A model generated the notes under the pieces. The model did no database searches, was not told the DNA's origin, and worked only from the letters and a program-made list of their open reading frames with translations. Shown here one piece after another: positions 35,161 to 47,526 of a stretch of 64,000 nucleotides of DNA. The position numbers and the translations under genes are program-made. This stretch comes from Isurus oxyrinchus (lineage: Eukaryota): the NCBI GenBank assembly GCA_026770705.1, contig JANJGN010000033.1, positions 14,508,001 through 14,572,000 on the forward strand. The letters run 5' to 3'. How positions within the stretch are numbered: the stretch's first letter is position 1; each line of letters begins with the position of its first letter.

Positions 35161-35690
35161 CTTTTCTTCTCCGACGATGCTGCCAGACCTGCTGAGTTTT
35201 TCCAGGTAAATCTGTTTTTGTTTTGGATTTCCAGCATCCGCAGTTTTTTGTTTTTATCCTAAGTTTGTCTGCTCTGCAAATGAAAGAGCTGTCGTCAAGC
35301 TGCCACTCATGACATTGTTGCTTCTCTTCCCTACTCCTCGCTAATATGACTCTTGCCAAATGATCCGTGAATGAGCATTGCTAGGCAGTGATGTACGAGA
35401 CTTAACCCGGAAAGATGGGATAAAATAGGCGCTCTTCAAGGACGCAATTGAAGTGATAGCTGCCTGCCCTTGAACGCTTTCGAGTTTGGCTGCTGAATTT
35501 CAAATGCCGTGCAGCCAAAGCAAGTGCTGCATCCACCTCAGACATACAGCATCAGCCTGAGCCGCCTATTGCTCAAGAATATGAAGAGGTGAAAGCCAGG
35601 AAAGGCACTGTCATCAACAGAGACCTTGAGCTCCTCAGGTTTCCACTCGCCTGCCTCAAATTTTAACAGCAGCTGGGCAAACGAGAAACT

Positions 35691-35762
35691 TGGTTCCACT
35701 GAGATTTGAACTCAGATCGCTGGATTCAGAGTCCAGAATGCTCACCATCGCACCATGGAACC
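35691..35762 (-). tRNA. tRNA-Gln-CTG: tRNA-Gln(CTG), slot C variant
   Basis: Stems pair; A14G. Confidence 0.6.
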
Positions 35763-36067
35763 TACATGTCAGCTGACATCAGGCTCATGTCTTTTCTGCA
35801 TTCACACTGGCGTCAAAGATCACAGCGAACCGTCCAATGGTTCTCCTTGTGTGACGCAAACTGTTGCATCCTTTCAATGGGACAGATAAAGAGCAGGGCC
35901 AAGAGCCAAAACAATGACAGTGCAGGCAGCTGGTGCAAGAGGCTCAGTCATGCACATTCAAATGGCAGGCGAGCTGGTTCAAAATTTGCCCTCTCGAATC
36001 GGACGCCAGGGCAATTGTAAAGGAGATGCAATTGGCCAAGCTTGTCAGCGGGATTGTCAAAAGTACA

Positions 36068-36139
36068 AGGTTCCACCGAGATTTAAACTCGGATCGCTGG
36101 ATTCAGAGTCCAGAGTGCTCACCATTACACCATGGAACC
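36068..36139 (-). pseudogene. tRNA-Gln(CTG), slot D, C56T
   Basis: Invariant B-box C56 mutated (TTTAAAT). Confidence 0.65.
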
Positions 36140-37112
36140 CAGAAGATGGGTTGCCATCCTGAATCGTTGCTCAAAGAAGATTACTTCTTACATTTAACAT
36201 GGCAGCAACCGGAACAGCGACAATGACACGTCATTACTTGATGCCGTTGACAAGGGAACTGTTTGCAAGACACTTCACAGCCAGATTATATCAAACAATT
36301 TTGGCACATGTCAAATAGGGAGAATTCAGGAGAGCTCATCAAAGGCTTCATCAAATCATTACGTTTGAAAGTGCTCACTTGTTCCTGGTGAGGCAACGGA
36401 CCTGCGGTGGCAGGTCATCTCAAGGTGAGCCATGAGACCTAGGTTGCGAACTGCTTGCCAAAGCCTCAGGCAGCCTCCCACGGAGAGGGATTTATGGCGA
36501 GTGAACACAGTTTGAGATGTCGAGCTGCACTGCAAATTGCGACGAGTTGCTGAGCAACAATAACGTTTGCAAACTATATCGGGAGCAAAATTGCAAGCGC
36601 TTTACGTTCCATGTCCACCATTTCACGTTGGCTTCATGTTTTGCAACATATTGCTTCAGATCACGCACTTGCTCTGCTCCTAAGTTTGTCTGCTCTGCAA
36701 ATGAAAGAGCTGCGTTCAAGCTGCCACTCGTGACATTGCTGCTTCCCTTCACTGCTCCTCGTAATATGACACTCTTGCCAAATGATCTGTGAATGAGCAT
36801 TGCTAGGCAGTGTTGTACGAGACCTGACCAGGAAAGACGGGATAAAACTGATGCACTTCTAGGACGCAATTGAAGTGATACCTGCCTGCCCTTGAATGCT
36901 TTGGAGTTTGGCTGCTGAATTTCAAATGCCGTGCACCCAAAGCAAGTGCTGCATCCACCTCAGACATACAGCATCAGCCTGAGCCGCGTATTGCTCAAGA
37001 ATATGAAGAGGTGAAAGCCAGGAAAGGCACTGTCATCAGCAGAGACCTTGAGCTCCTCACGTTTCCACTCGCCTGCCTCAAATTTTAACAGCAGCTGGGC
37101 AAACGAGAAACT

Positions 37113-37184
37113 TGGTTCCACCGAGATTTGAACTCAGATCGCTGGATTCAGAGTCCAGAATGCTCACCATTGCACCATGGAACC
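37113..37184 (-). tRNA. tRNA-Gln-CTG: tRNA-Gln(CTG), slot C, foldable variant
   Basis: Same as 26181-26252. Confidence 0.75.
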
Positions 37185-37489
37185 TCCATGTCAGCTGACA
37201 TCAGGCTCATGTCTTTTCTGCATTCACAGTGGCGTTAAAGTTCCCAACGAACCGTCCAATGGTTCTCCTTGTGTGACGCAAACTGTTGCAAACTTTCAAT
37301 GGGACAGATAAAGAGCAGGGCCAAGAGCCAAAACAATGACGGTGCAGGAAGCTGGTGCAAGAGGCTCAGTCATGCGCATTCAAATGGCAGGCGAGCTGGT
37401 TCAAAATTTGCCCTCTCGAATCGGACGCCATGGCAATTGTAAAGGAGATGCAATTGGCCAAGATTGACAGCGGGATTGTCAAAAGCACA

Positions 37490-37561
37490 AGGTTCCACCG
37501 AGATTCGAACTCGGATCGCTGGATTCAGAGTCCAGAGTGCTCACCATTACACCATGGAACC
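37490..37561 (-). tRNA. tRNA-Gln-CTG: tRNA-Gln(CTG), slot D, canonical (T-loop TTCGAAT)
   Basis: Intact cloverleaf, T4 terminator. Confidence 0.93.
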
Positions 37562-38535
37562 CAGCAGATACACTTTTGTATTGAATCGTTGCTCAAAGTA
37601 GATTACTTCTTACATTTAACATGGCAGCAACCGGAACAGCGACAACGACACGTCGTTACTTGATGCCGTTGACAAGGGAATTGTTTGCAAGACACTTCAC
37701 ATCCAGATTATATCAAACAATTTTGGCACATGTCAAATAGGGAGATTTCAGGAGAGCTCATCAAAGGCTTCATCAAATCATTACGTTTGAAAGTGCGCAC
37801 TTGTTCCTGGTGAGGCAATGGACTTGCGTTGGCAGGTCATCTCAAGGTGAGCCATGAGACCTAGGTTGCGAACTGCTTGCCAAAGACTCAGGCAGCCTCC
37901 CACGGAGAGGGATTTATGGTGAGTGAACATAGTTTGAGATGTCGAGCTGCACTGCAAATTGCGACGAGTTGCTGAGCAACAAGAAAGTTTGCAAACTATA
38001 TCGGGAGCAAAACTGCAAGCGCTTTACGTTCCTTGTCCACCATTTCACGTTGGCTTCATGTTTTGCAACATATTGCTTCAGATCTCGCACTTGCTCTGCT
38101 CCTAAGTTTGTCTGCTCTGCAAATGAAAGAGCTGCGTTCAAGCTGCCACTCGTGACATTGCTGCTTCCCTTCCCTGCTCCTCATAATATGACTCTTGCCA
38201 AATGAACCATGAATGAGCATTGCTAGGGAGTGATGTAGGAGACCTGACCAGGAAAGACGGGATAAAACTGGTACACTTCTAGGACGCAATTGAAGTGATA
38301 TCTGCCTGCCCTTGACTTCTTTCGAGCTTGTTGCCTGTTGAATTTCAAACGCTGTGCACTCAATGCAACTGCCGCCTCGCCCTCAGGAATATAGCATCAG
38401 CCTGAGCCACCTATCGCTCAAGAATACGAAGAGGTGAAAGCCAGGAAAGGATCTGTGATCAGCAGAGAACTTGAACTCTTCAAGTATCCACTCGCCTGCC
38501 TCAAATTTTAACAGCAGCTGGGCAAACAAGAAACT

Positions 38536-38607
38536 TGGTTCCACCGAGATTTGAAGTCGGATCACTGGATTCAAAGTCCAGAGTGCTCACCATTACACCA
38601 GGGAACC
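38536..38607 (-). pseudogene. tRNA-Gln(TTG), slot A, damaged
   Basis: G53C and A7C. Confidence 0.7.
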
Positions 38608-38912
38608 TACATGCCAGATGTTGTTAGGCTCATTTCTTTTCTGTATTCACATGGGCGCCAAAGTTCCCAGCGAACCATCGAATGGTTCTCCTCATGTGAC
38701 GCAAACTGTTGCATCCTTTCAATGGGACAGATAAAGAGCAGGGCCAAGAGCCAAAACCATGACGGTGCAGGCAGCTGGCGCAAGAGGCTCAGTCATGTGC
38801 ATTCAATTGGCAGGGGAGCTGGTTCAAAAGTTGTCCTTTCCAATCGTATGCCATGGCAATTGTAAAGGAGACTCAATATACCGAGCCTGTCAGCGAGATT
38901 GTGACAAATACA

Positions 38913-38977
38913 AGTTTCCACTGAGATTTGACCTCAGATCATTAAATTCAGAGACCAGAGTGCTCACCGTTACACCA
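38913..38977 (-). pseudogene. Slot B pseudogene truncated by the 414-bp deletion
   Basis: Same junction as 28045. Confidence 0.85.
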
Positions 38978-40159
38978 GAGATCAATGCTGAGGCAGCGGC
39001 ACACATGTCTTGCATTAGTAGAGCAGTTTCATTCGTGGAAGCATCACAAACAACAACAGGAAGTGCGCAGAGAGTTCCAAGCTCTGACACGCTGAAACAC
39101 GCTGCCCAGATAGGAGGGAAATTTCCCACAAAGGGATGTGAACGCCAGCATGCCAACGGGAAGGCTGATTTCTTGTCAGGCCACGAATGAATGTCGTCGA
39201 CTGGAAACAGAGTTGCTGGCTGGAGGGCCTAAGGTGCGAGCTAGGATATGGGCAGCAGAGGTTTTGATCAGCTCAACTTTATGGAAGAATCAAAGGGCAA
39301 GACAGAGCGCGAACATCTCAGAATAGCCAAGCCGTCAGGTAAGGAGGTTGACGATGGAGATGTCAGCAGCACAGGAACTGCTGAGCGTCAGAATTAGGTC
39401 AGCAAAATTACACAGGTGGAAATACTTGTCTTGGCAAGGCAGTGGACCTGCGTAGGCCGATCATCGCAGGGTGAGCGATGAGACCCAGGTTGCGAACTGC
39501 TTGCCAAAGCCTCAGGCAGCCTCCAAGGGGGAGTGATTTATAGCGAGTGAACATAATTTGAGACATCGAGCTGCACTGCAAATTGCGATGTTTCACTGAG
39601 CCACAAGAAAACTTGTGAATCTAACTCGCTAGCAAAATTGCAAGCGCTTGAAAATTTCATGTCGACCATTCCACTTTGGCTTCATGTTTTGCAACACATT
39701 GCTTCAGCTCTCGCACTTGCTCTGCTCCTAAGTTTGTCTGCTCTGCAAATGAAAGAGCTGTCGTCAAGCTGCCACTCATGACATTGTTGCTTCTCTTCCA
39801 TACTCCTCGCTAATATGACCTTTGCCAAATGATCCGTGAATGAGCATTGCTAGGCAGTGATGTACGAGACTTAACCCGGAAAGATGGGATAAAATAGGCG
39901 CTCTTCAAGGACGCAATTGAAGTGATAGCTGCCTGCCCTTGAATGCTTTCGAGTTTGGCTGCTGAATTTCAAATGCCGTGCAGCCAAAGCAAGTGCTGCA
40001 TCCACCTCAGACATACAGCATCAGCCTGAGCCGCCTATTGCTCAAGAATATGAAGAGGTGAAAGCCAGGAAAGGCACTGTCATCAGCAGAGACCTTGAGC
40101 TCTTCACGTTTCCACTCGCCTGCCTCAAATTTTAACAGCAGCTGGGCAAACGAGAAACT

Positions 40160-40231
40160 TGGTTCCACCGAGATTTGAACTCAGATCGCTGGATTCAGAG
40201 TCCAGAATGCTCACCGTTACACCATGGAACC
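40160..40231 (-). tRNA. tRNA-Gln-CTG: tRNA-Gln(CTG), slot C, foldable variant
   Basis: Wobble-compatible changes only. Confidence 0.75.
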
Positions 40232-40536
40232 TACATGTCAGCTGACATCAGGCTCATGTCTTTTCTGCATTCACAGTGGCATCAAATTTCCCGGTGAACC
40301 GTCCAATGGTTCTCCTTGTGTGACGCAAACTTTTGCATCCTTTCAATGGGACAGATAAAGAGCAGGGCCAAGAGCCAAAACAATGACGGTGCAGGCAGCT
40401 GGTGCAAGAGGCTCAGTCATGCGCATTCAAATGGCAGGCGAGCTGGTTCAAAATTTGCCCTCTCGAATCGGACGCCATGGCAAATGTGAAGGAGTTGCAA
40501 TTGGCCAAGCTTGTCAGCGGGATTCTCAAAAGCACA

Positions 40537-40608
40537 AGGTCCCACCGAGATTTGAACTCGGATCGCTGGATTCAGAGTCCAGAGTGCTCACCGTTACACC
40601 ATGGAACC
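40537..40608 (-). tRNA. tRNA-Gln-CTG: tRNA-Gln(CTG), slot D, near canonical
   Basis: U4.G69 wobble; T4 terminator. Confidence 0.85.
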
Positions 40609-41581
40609 CAGAAGATGCATAACCATCCTCAATCGTAGCTCAAAGAAGATTACTTCTTACATTTAACATGGCAGCAACCAGAACAGCGACAACGACACGT
40701 CGTTACTTGATGCCGTTGACAAGGGAACTGTTTGCAAGACACTTCACAGCCAGATTATATCAAACAATTTTGGCCCATGTCAAATAGGGAGATTTCAGGA
40801 GAGCTCATCAAAGGCTTCATCAAATCATTACGTTTGAAAGTGCGCACTTGTTCCTGGTGAGGCAACGGACTTGCGTTGGCAGGTCATCTCAAGGTGAGCC
40901 ATGAGACCTAGGTTGCGAACTGCTTGCCAAAACCTCGGGCAGCCTCCCACGGAGAGGGATTTATGGCGAGTGAACATAGTTTGAGACGTCGAGCTACAGT
41001 GCCAAGTGCGATGTTTCGATGAGAAACAAGAAAGTTTTCAAACTATATCGGGAGCAACATTGCAAGCGCTTTACGTTCCATGTCCACCATTTCACGTTGG
41101 CTTCATGTTTTGCAACACATTGCTTCAGATCACGCACTTGTTCTGCTCCTAAGTTTGTCTGCTCTGCAAATGAAAGAGCTGCGGTCAAGCTGCCACTCGT
41201 GACATTGCTGCTTCCCTTCCCTGCTCCTCATAATATGACTCTTGCCAAATGATCCGTGAATGAGAATTGCTAGGCAGTGATGTACGAGACCTGACCAGGA
41301 AAGACGGGATAAAACTGGTACACTTCGAGGACGCAATTGAAGTGATATCTGCCTGCCCTTGACTTCTTTCGAGCTTGTTGCCTGTTGAATTTCAAATGCT
41401 GTGCACCCAATGCAACTGCCACCTCGCCCTCAGGAATATAGAATCAGCCTGAGCCACCTATCGCTCAAGAATATGAAGAGTGAAAGCCAGGAAAGGCTCT
41501 GTAATCAGCAGAGAACTTGAACTCTTCAAGTATCCACTCGCCTGCCTCAAATGTTAACAGCAGCTGGGCAAACAAGAAACT

Positions 41582-41653
41582 TGGTTCCACCGAGATTTGA
41601 ACTCTGATCACTGAATTCAAAGTCCAGAGTGCTCACCATTACACCATGGAACC
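41582..41653 (-). pseudogene. tRNA-Gln(TTG), slot A variant
   Basis: C49A mismatch; C40T. Confidence 0.65.
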
Positions 41654-41957
41654 TACATGTCAGCGTTTGTTAGGCTCATTTCTTTTCTGCATTCACTGGG
41701 CGCCAAAGTTCCCAGCGAACCATCGAATGGTTCTCCTCGTGTGACGCAAACTGTTGCATCCTTTCAATTGGACAGATAAAGAGCAGGGCCAAGAGCCAAA
41801 ACAATGACAGTGCAGGAAGCTGGCGCAAGAGGCTCAGTCATGTGCATTCAAATGGCAGGCGAGCTGGATCAAAATTTGCCCTCTCGAATCGGACGTCATG
41901 GCAATTGTGAAGGAGATGCGATTGGCCAAGCTTGTCAGCGGGATTGTCTAAAGTACA

Positions 41958-42029
41958 AGGTTCCACCAAGACTTGAACTCGGATCGCTGGATTCAGAGTC
42001 CAGAGTGCTCACCATTACACCATGGAACC
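41958..42029 (-). tRNA. tRNA-Gln-CTG: tRNA-Gln(CTG), slot D, near canonical; terminator reduced to T3
   Basis: G.U pair in the T stem; flank ctaaag. Confidence 0.8.
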
Positions 42030-42293
42030 CAGCAGACGCACTTTGGCACTGAATTGTTGCTCAAAGAAGATTACTTCTTACATTTAACATGGCAGCAACC
42101 GGAACAGCGACAATGACACGTCATTACTTGATGCCGTTGACTAGGGAACTGTTTGCAAGACACATCACAGCCAGATTATATCAAACAATTTTGGCACATG
42201 TCAAATAGGGAGATTTTAGGAGAACTCATTAAATCCTTCATCAAATCGTTACGTTTGAATTCAGTCCCCTGAAGGAGGACAAAGATTTGCAAA

Positions 42294-42406
42294 ACAAAAA
42301 CAAAAACAGAATTACCTGGAAAAACTCAGCAGGTCTGGCAGCATCGGCGGAGAAGAAAAGAGTTGACGTTTCGAGGCCTCATGACCCTTCGACAGAACTT
42401 GAGTTC
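42294..42406 (-). mobile_element. 113-bp Penelope-like 3' fragment
   Basis: Copy of 1549-1661. Confidence 0.86.
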
Positions 42407-43626
42407 GATTTGCAAAGCCCAACAGCTTTACTGAGGGATGTCCAGAGATCAATGCTGAGGCAGCGGCACACATGTCTTACATTAGTAGAGCAGTTTCATT
42501 TGTGCAAGCGTCACAAACAACAACAGGAAGTGCGCAGAGAGTTCCAAGCTCTGACACGCTGAAACACACTGCCCAGATAGGAGGGAAATTTCCCACAAAG
42601 GAATGTGAACGCCAGCATGCCAACGGGAAGGCTGATTTCTTGTCAGGCCACGAATGAATGTCGTCGACTGGAAACAGAGTTGCTGGCTGGAGGGCCTTAG
42701 GTGCGAGCTAGGATATGGGCAGCAGAGGTTTTGATCAGCTCAACTTTATGGAAGAATCAAAGGGCAAGTCAGAGCGCGAACATCTCAGAATAATCAAGCC
42801 GTGAGGTAAGGAGGTTGAGGATGGAGATGTCAGCAGCACAGGAACTGCTGAGCGACAGAAAAGGGTCAGCAAAGTTACACAGGTGGAAATACTTGTCTTG
42901 GCAAGGCAGTGGACCTGCGTAGGCCGATCATCGCAGGGTGAGCGATGAGACCCAGGTTGCGAACTGCTTGCCAAAGCCTCAGGCAGCCTCCAAGGGAGAG
43001 CGATTTATAGCGAGTGAACATAATTTGAGACATCGAGCTGCACTGCAAATTGCGATGTTTCACTGAGCCACAAGAAAATTTGTGAATCTAACTCGCTAGC
43101 AAAATTGCAAGCGCTTGATAATTTCATGTCGACCATTCCACTTTGGCTTCATGTTTTGCAACACATTGCTTCAGCTCTCGCACTTGCTCTGCTCCTAAGT
43201 TTGTCTGCTCTGCAAATGAAAGAGCTGTCGTCAAGCTGCCACTCATGACATTGTTGCTTCTCTTCCCTACTCCTCGCTAATATGACTCTTGCCAAATGAT
43301 CCGTGAATGAGCATTTCTAGGCAGTGATGTACGAGACTTAACCCGGAAAGATGGGATAAAATGGGCGCTCTTCAAGGACGCAATTGAAGTGATACCTGCC
43401 TGCCCTTGAATGCTTTCGAGTTTGGCTGCTGAATTTCAAATGCCGTGCAGCCAAAGCAAGTGCTGCATCCACCTCAGACATACAGCATCAGCCTGAGCCG
43501 CCTATTGCTCAAGAATATGAAGAGGTGAAAGCCAGGAAAGGCACTGTCATCAACAGAGACCTTGAGCTCCTCAGGTTTCCACTCGCCTGCCTCAAATTTT
43601 AACAGCAGCTGGGCAAACGAGAAACT

Positions 43627-43698
43627 TGGTTCCACTGAGATTTGAACTCAGATCGCTGGATTCAGAGTCCAGAATGCTCACCATCGCACCATGCAATC
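43627..43698 (-). pseudogene. tRNA-Gln(CTG), slot C, damaged
   Basis: Two acceptor-stem mismatches; A14G. Confidence 0.75.
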
Positions 43699-43990
43699 TA
43701 CATGTCAGCTGACATCAGGCTCATGTCTTTTCTGCATTCACAGTGGCGTCAAAGTTCCCAGCGAACCGTCCAATGGTTCTCCTTGTGTGACGCAAACTGT
43801 TGCATCCTTTCAATGTGACAGATAAAGAGCAGCGACAAGAGCCAAAACAATGACAGTGCAAGAGGCTCAGTCATGCGCATTCAAATGGCAGGCGAGCTGG
43901 TTCAAAATTTGCTCTCTCGAATCGGACGCCATGGCCATTGTAAAGGAGATGCAATTGGCCAAGCTTGTCAGCGGGATTGACAAAAGTACA

Positions 43991-44062
43991 AGGTTCCACC
44001 GAGATTTGAACTCGGATCGCTGGATTCAGAATCCAGAGTGCTCACCATTACACCATGGAACC
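43991..44062 (-). tRNA. tRNA-Gln-CTG: tRNA-Gln(CTG), slot D, C32T
   Basis: Intact stems, T4 terminator. Confidence 0.88.
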
Positions 44063-45038
44063 CAGCAGATGCCAAGTTGCTTTGAATCGTTGCTCAAAGA
44101 AGATTACTTCTTACATTTAACATGGCAGCAACCGGAACAGCGACAATGACACGTCGTTACTTGATGCCGTTGACAAGGGAACTGTTTGGAAGACACTTCA
44201 CAGCCAGATTATATCAAACAATTTTGGCACATGTCAAATAGGGAGAATTCAGGAGAGCTCATCAAAGGCTTCATCAAATCATTACGTTTGAAAGTTCTCA
44301 CTTGTTCCTTGTGAGGCAACGGACTTGCGTTGGCAGGTCATCTCAAGGTGAGCCATGAGACCTAGGTTGCGAACTGCTTGCCAAAGCCTCAGGCAGCCTC
44401 CCACGGAGAGGGATTTATGGCGAGTGAACATAGTTTGAGATGTCGAGCTGCAGTGCCAAGTGCGACGAGTTGCTGAGCAACAAGAAAGTTTGCAAACTAT
44501 ATCGGGAGCAAAATTGCAAGCGCTTTATATTCCATGTCCTTCATTTCACGTTGGCTTCATGTTTTGCAACACATTGCTTCAGATCTCGCACTTGCTCTGC
44601 TCCTAAGTTTGTCTGCTCTGCAAATGAAAGAGCTGCGTTCAAGCTGCCACTCGTGACATTGCTGCTTCCCTGCCCTGCTCCTCGTAATATGACACTCTTG
44701 CCAAATGATCCATGAATGAGCATTGCTAGGCAGTGATGTAGGAGACCTGACCAGGAAAGACGGGATAAAACTGATGCACTTCTAGGACGCAATTGAAGTG
44801 ATATCTGCCTGCCCTTGAATTCTTTCGAGCTTGTTGCCTGTTGAATTTCAAATGCTGTGCACCCAATGCAACTGCCGCCTCGCCCTCAGGAATATAGAAT
44901 CAGCCTGAGCCACCTAACGCTCAAGAATATGAAGAGGTGAAAGCCAGGAAAGGCTCTGTAATCAGCAGAGAACTTGAACTCTTCAAGTATCCACTCGCCT
45001 GCCTCAAATGTTAACAGCAGCTGGGCAAACAAGAAACT

Positions 45039-45110
45039 TGGTTCCACCGAGATTTGAACTCGGATCACTGGATTCAAAGTCCAGAGTGCTCACCATTACA
45101 CCATGGAACC
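45039..45110 (-). tRNA. tRNA-Gln-TTG: tRNA-Gln(TTG), slot A, intact
   Basis: Canonical body, A73. Confidence 0.92.
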
Positions 45111-45416
45111 TACATGTCAGCAGTCATTAGGCTCATTTCTTTTCTGCATTCACATTGGCGCCAAAATTTCCCAGCGAACCATCGAATGGTTCTCCTCATG
45201 TGAAGCAAACTGTTGCATCCTTTCAACGGGACAGATAAAGAGCAGGGCCAAGAGCCAAAACAATGACGGTGCAGGCAGCTGGCGCAAGAGGCTCAGTCAT
45301 GTGCATTCAATTGGCAGGCGAGCTGGTTCTAAAGTTGTCCTTTCCAATCGTATGCCATGGCAATTGTAAAGGAGATGCAATATAGCGATCCTGTCAGCGA
45401 GATTGTGACAAATACA

Positions 45417-45488
45417 AGTTTCCACCGAGATTTGACCTCAGATCATTAAATTCAGAGACCAGAGTGCTCACCGTTACACCATGGAAAC
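45417..45488 (-). pseudogene. tRNA-Gln pseudogene, slot B
   Basis: Slot B diagnostic lesions. Confidence 0.85.
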
Positions 45489-45744
45489 AGTGTGGGCTGT
45501 TGAACCATTACTCAAAGAAGGCCACTCCTTTCATTGAACATGGCAGCAACAATAACAGCAACAACGAAACGTCGTTACTTGATGCCATTGACACAGGAAA
45601 GGTTTCCAAGGTTCTTCACACCTAGATTATATCAAACAATTTTGCCAGAAGCCACATCAGGAGATTTTAGGAGAGCTCATTAAATCCTTCATCAAATCGT
45701 TACGTTTGAATTCAGCCCCCTGAAGGAGGACAAAGATTTGCAAA

Positions 45745-45857
45745 ACAAAAACAAAAACAGAATTACCTGGAAAAACTCAGCAGGTCTGGCAGCATCGGCG
45801 GAGAAGAAAAGAGTTGACGTTTCGAGTCCTCATGACCCTTCGACAGAACTTGAGTTC
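45745..45857 (-). mobile_element. 113-bp Penelope-like 3' fragment with hammerhead-like motif
   Basis: Copy of 1549-1661. Confidence 0.88.
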
Positions 45858-47077
45858 GATTTGCAAAGCCCAACAGCTTTACTGAGGGATGTCCAGAGAT
45901 CAATGCTGAGGCAGCGGCACACATGTCTTACATTAGTAGAGCAGTTTCATTGGTGCAAGCGTCACAAACAACAACAGGAAGTGCGCAGAGAGTTCCAAGC
46001 TCTGACACGCTGAAACACACTGCCCAGATAGGAGGGAAATTTCCCACAAAGGGATGTGAACGCCAGCATGCCAACGGGAAGGCTGATTTCTTGTCAGGCC
46101 ACGAATGAATGTCGTCGACTGGAAGCAGAGTTGCTGGCTGGAGGGCCTTAGGTGCGAGCTAGGATATAGGCAGCAGAGGTTTTGATCAGCTCAACTTTAT
46201 GGAAGAATCAAAGGGCAAGTCAGAGCGCGAACATCTCAGAATAGTCAAGCCGTGAGGTAAGGAGGTTGAGGATGGAGATGTCAGCAGCACAGGAACTGCT
46301 GAGCGACAGAATTGGGTCAGCAAAGTTACACAGGTGGAAATACTTGTCTTGGCAAGGCAGTGGACCTGCGTAGGCCGATCATCGCAGGGTGAGCGATGAG
46401 ACCCAGGTTGTGAACTGCTTGCCAAAGCCTGAGGCAGCTTCCAAGGGAGAGCGATTTATAGCGAGTGAACATAATTTGAGACATCGAGCTGCACTGCAAA
46501 TTGCGATGTTTCACTGAGCCACAAGAAAATTTGTGAATCTAACTCGCTAGCAAAATTGCAAGCGCTTGTCAATTTCATGTCGACCATTCCACGTTGGCTT
46601 CATGTTTTGCAACACATTGCTTCAGCTCTCGCACTTGCTCTGCTCCTAAGTTTGTCTGCTCTGCAAATGAAAGAGCTGTCGTCAAGCTGCCACTCATGAC
46701 ATTGTTGCTTCCCTTCCCTACTCCTCGCTAATATGACCTTTGCCAAATGATCCGTGAATGAGCATCGCTAGGCAGTGATGTACGAGACTTGACCAGGAAA
46801 GATGGGATAAAATAGGCGCTCTTCAAGGACGCAATTGAAGTGATAGCTGCCTGCCCTTGAATGCTTTCGAGTTTGGCTGCTGAATTTCAAATGCCGTGCA
46901 GCCAAAGCAAGTGCTGCCTCCACCTCAGACATACAGCATCAGCCTGAGCCGCCTATTGCTCAGGAATATGAAGAGGTGAAAGCCAGGAAAGACACTGTCA
47001 TCAGCAGAGACCTTGAGCTCTTCACGTTTCCACTCACCTGCCTCAAATTTTAACAGCAGCTGGGCAAACGAGAAACT

Positions 47078-47149
47078 TGGTTCCACTGAGATTTGAACTC
47101 AGATCGCTGTATTCAGAGTCCAGAGTGCTCACCATTACTACATGGAACC
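47078..47149 (-). pseudogene. tRNA-Gln(CTG), slot C, damaged
   Basis: D-stem and anticodon-stem mismatches. Confidence 0.75.
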
Positions 47150-47454
47150 TACATGTTAGCGGACATCAGGCTCATGTCTTTTCTGCATTCACACTGGCGT
47201 CAAAGTTCCCAGCGAACCGTCCAATGGTTCTCCTTGTGTGACGCAAACATTTGCATCCTTTCAATGGGACAGATAAAGAGCAGGGCCAAGAGCCAAAACA
47301 ATGACGGTGCAGGCAGCTGGCGCAAGAGGCTCAGTCATGCACATTCAAATGGCAGGCGAGCTGGTTCAAAATTTGCCCTCTCGAATCGGACGCCATGGCA
47401 ATTGTAAAGGAGATGCAATTGGCCAAGCTTGTCAGCGGGATTGTTAAAAGTACA

Positions 47455-47526
47455 AGGTTTCACCGAGATTTGAACTCGGATCGCTGGATTCAGAGTCCTG
47501 AGTGCTCACCATTACACCATGGAACC
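47455..47526 (-). pseudogene. tRNA-Gln(CTG), slot D, two stem mismatches
   Basis: G68A and T28A. Confidence 0.6.

Larger units (their letters stand above)
32271..35256 (+). mobile_element. Penelope-like retroelement (Neptune-like), 5'-truncated, with an inverted copy of its 3' region
   Basis: RT + GIY-YIG ORF, T-rich 3' end, TSD and inverted arm. Confidence 0.95.

Noticed and set aside
19100-35256. Site-specific, repeated Penelope targeting of cctaagtttgtc
   Set aside because: Identical left and right junctions in three copies and no individual TSDs favour one insertion amplified with the array.
43851-43866. 13-bp deletion between two gtgca repeats
   Set aside because: A single ordinary slippage event in the spacer.
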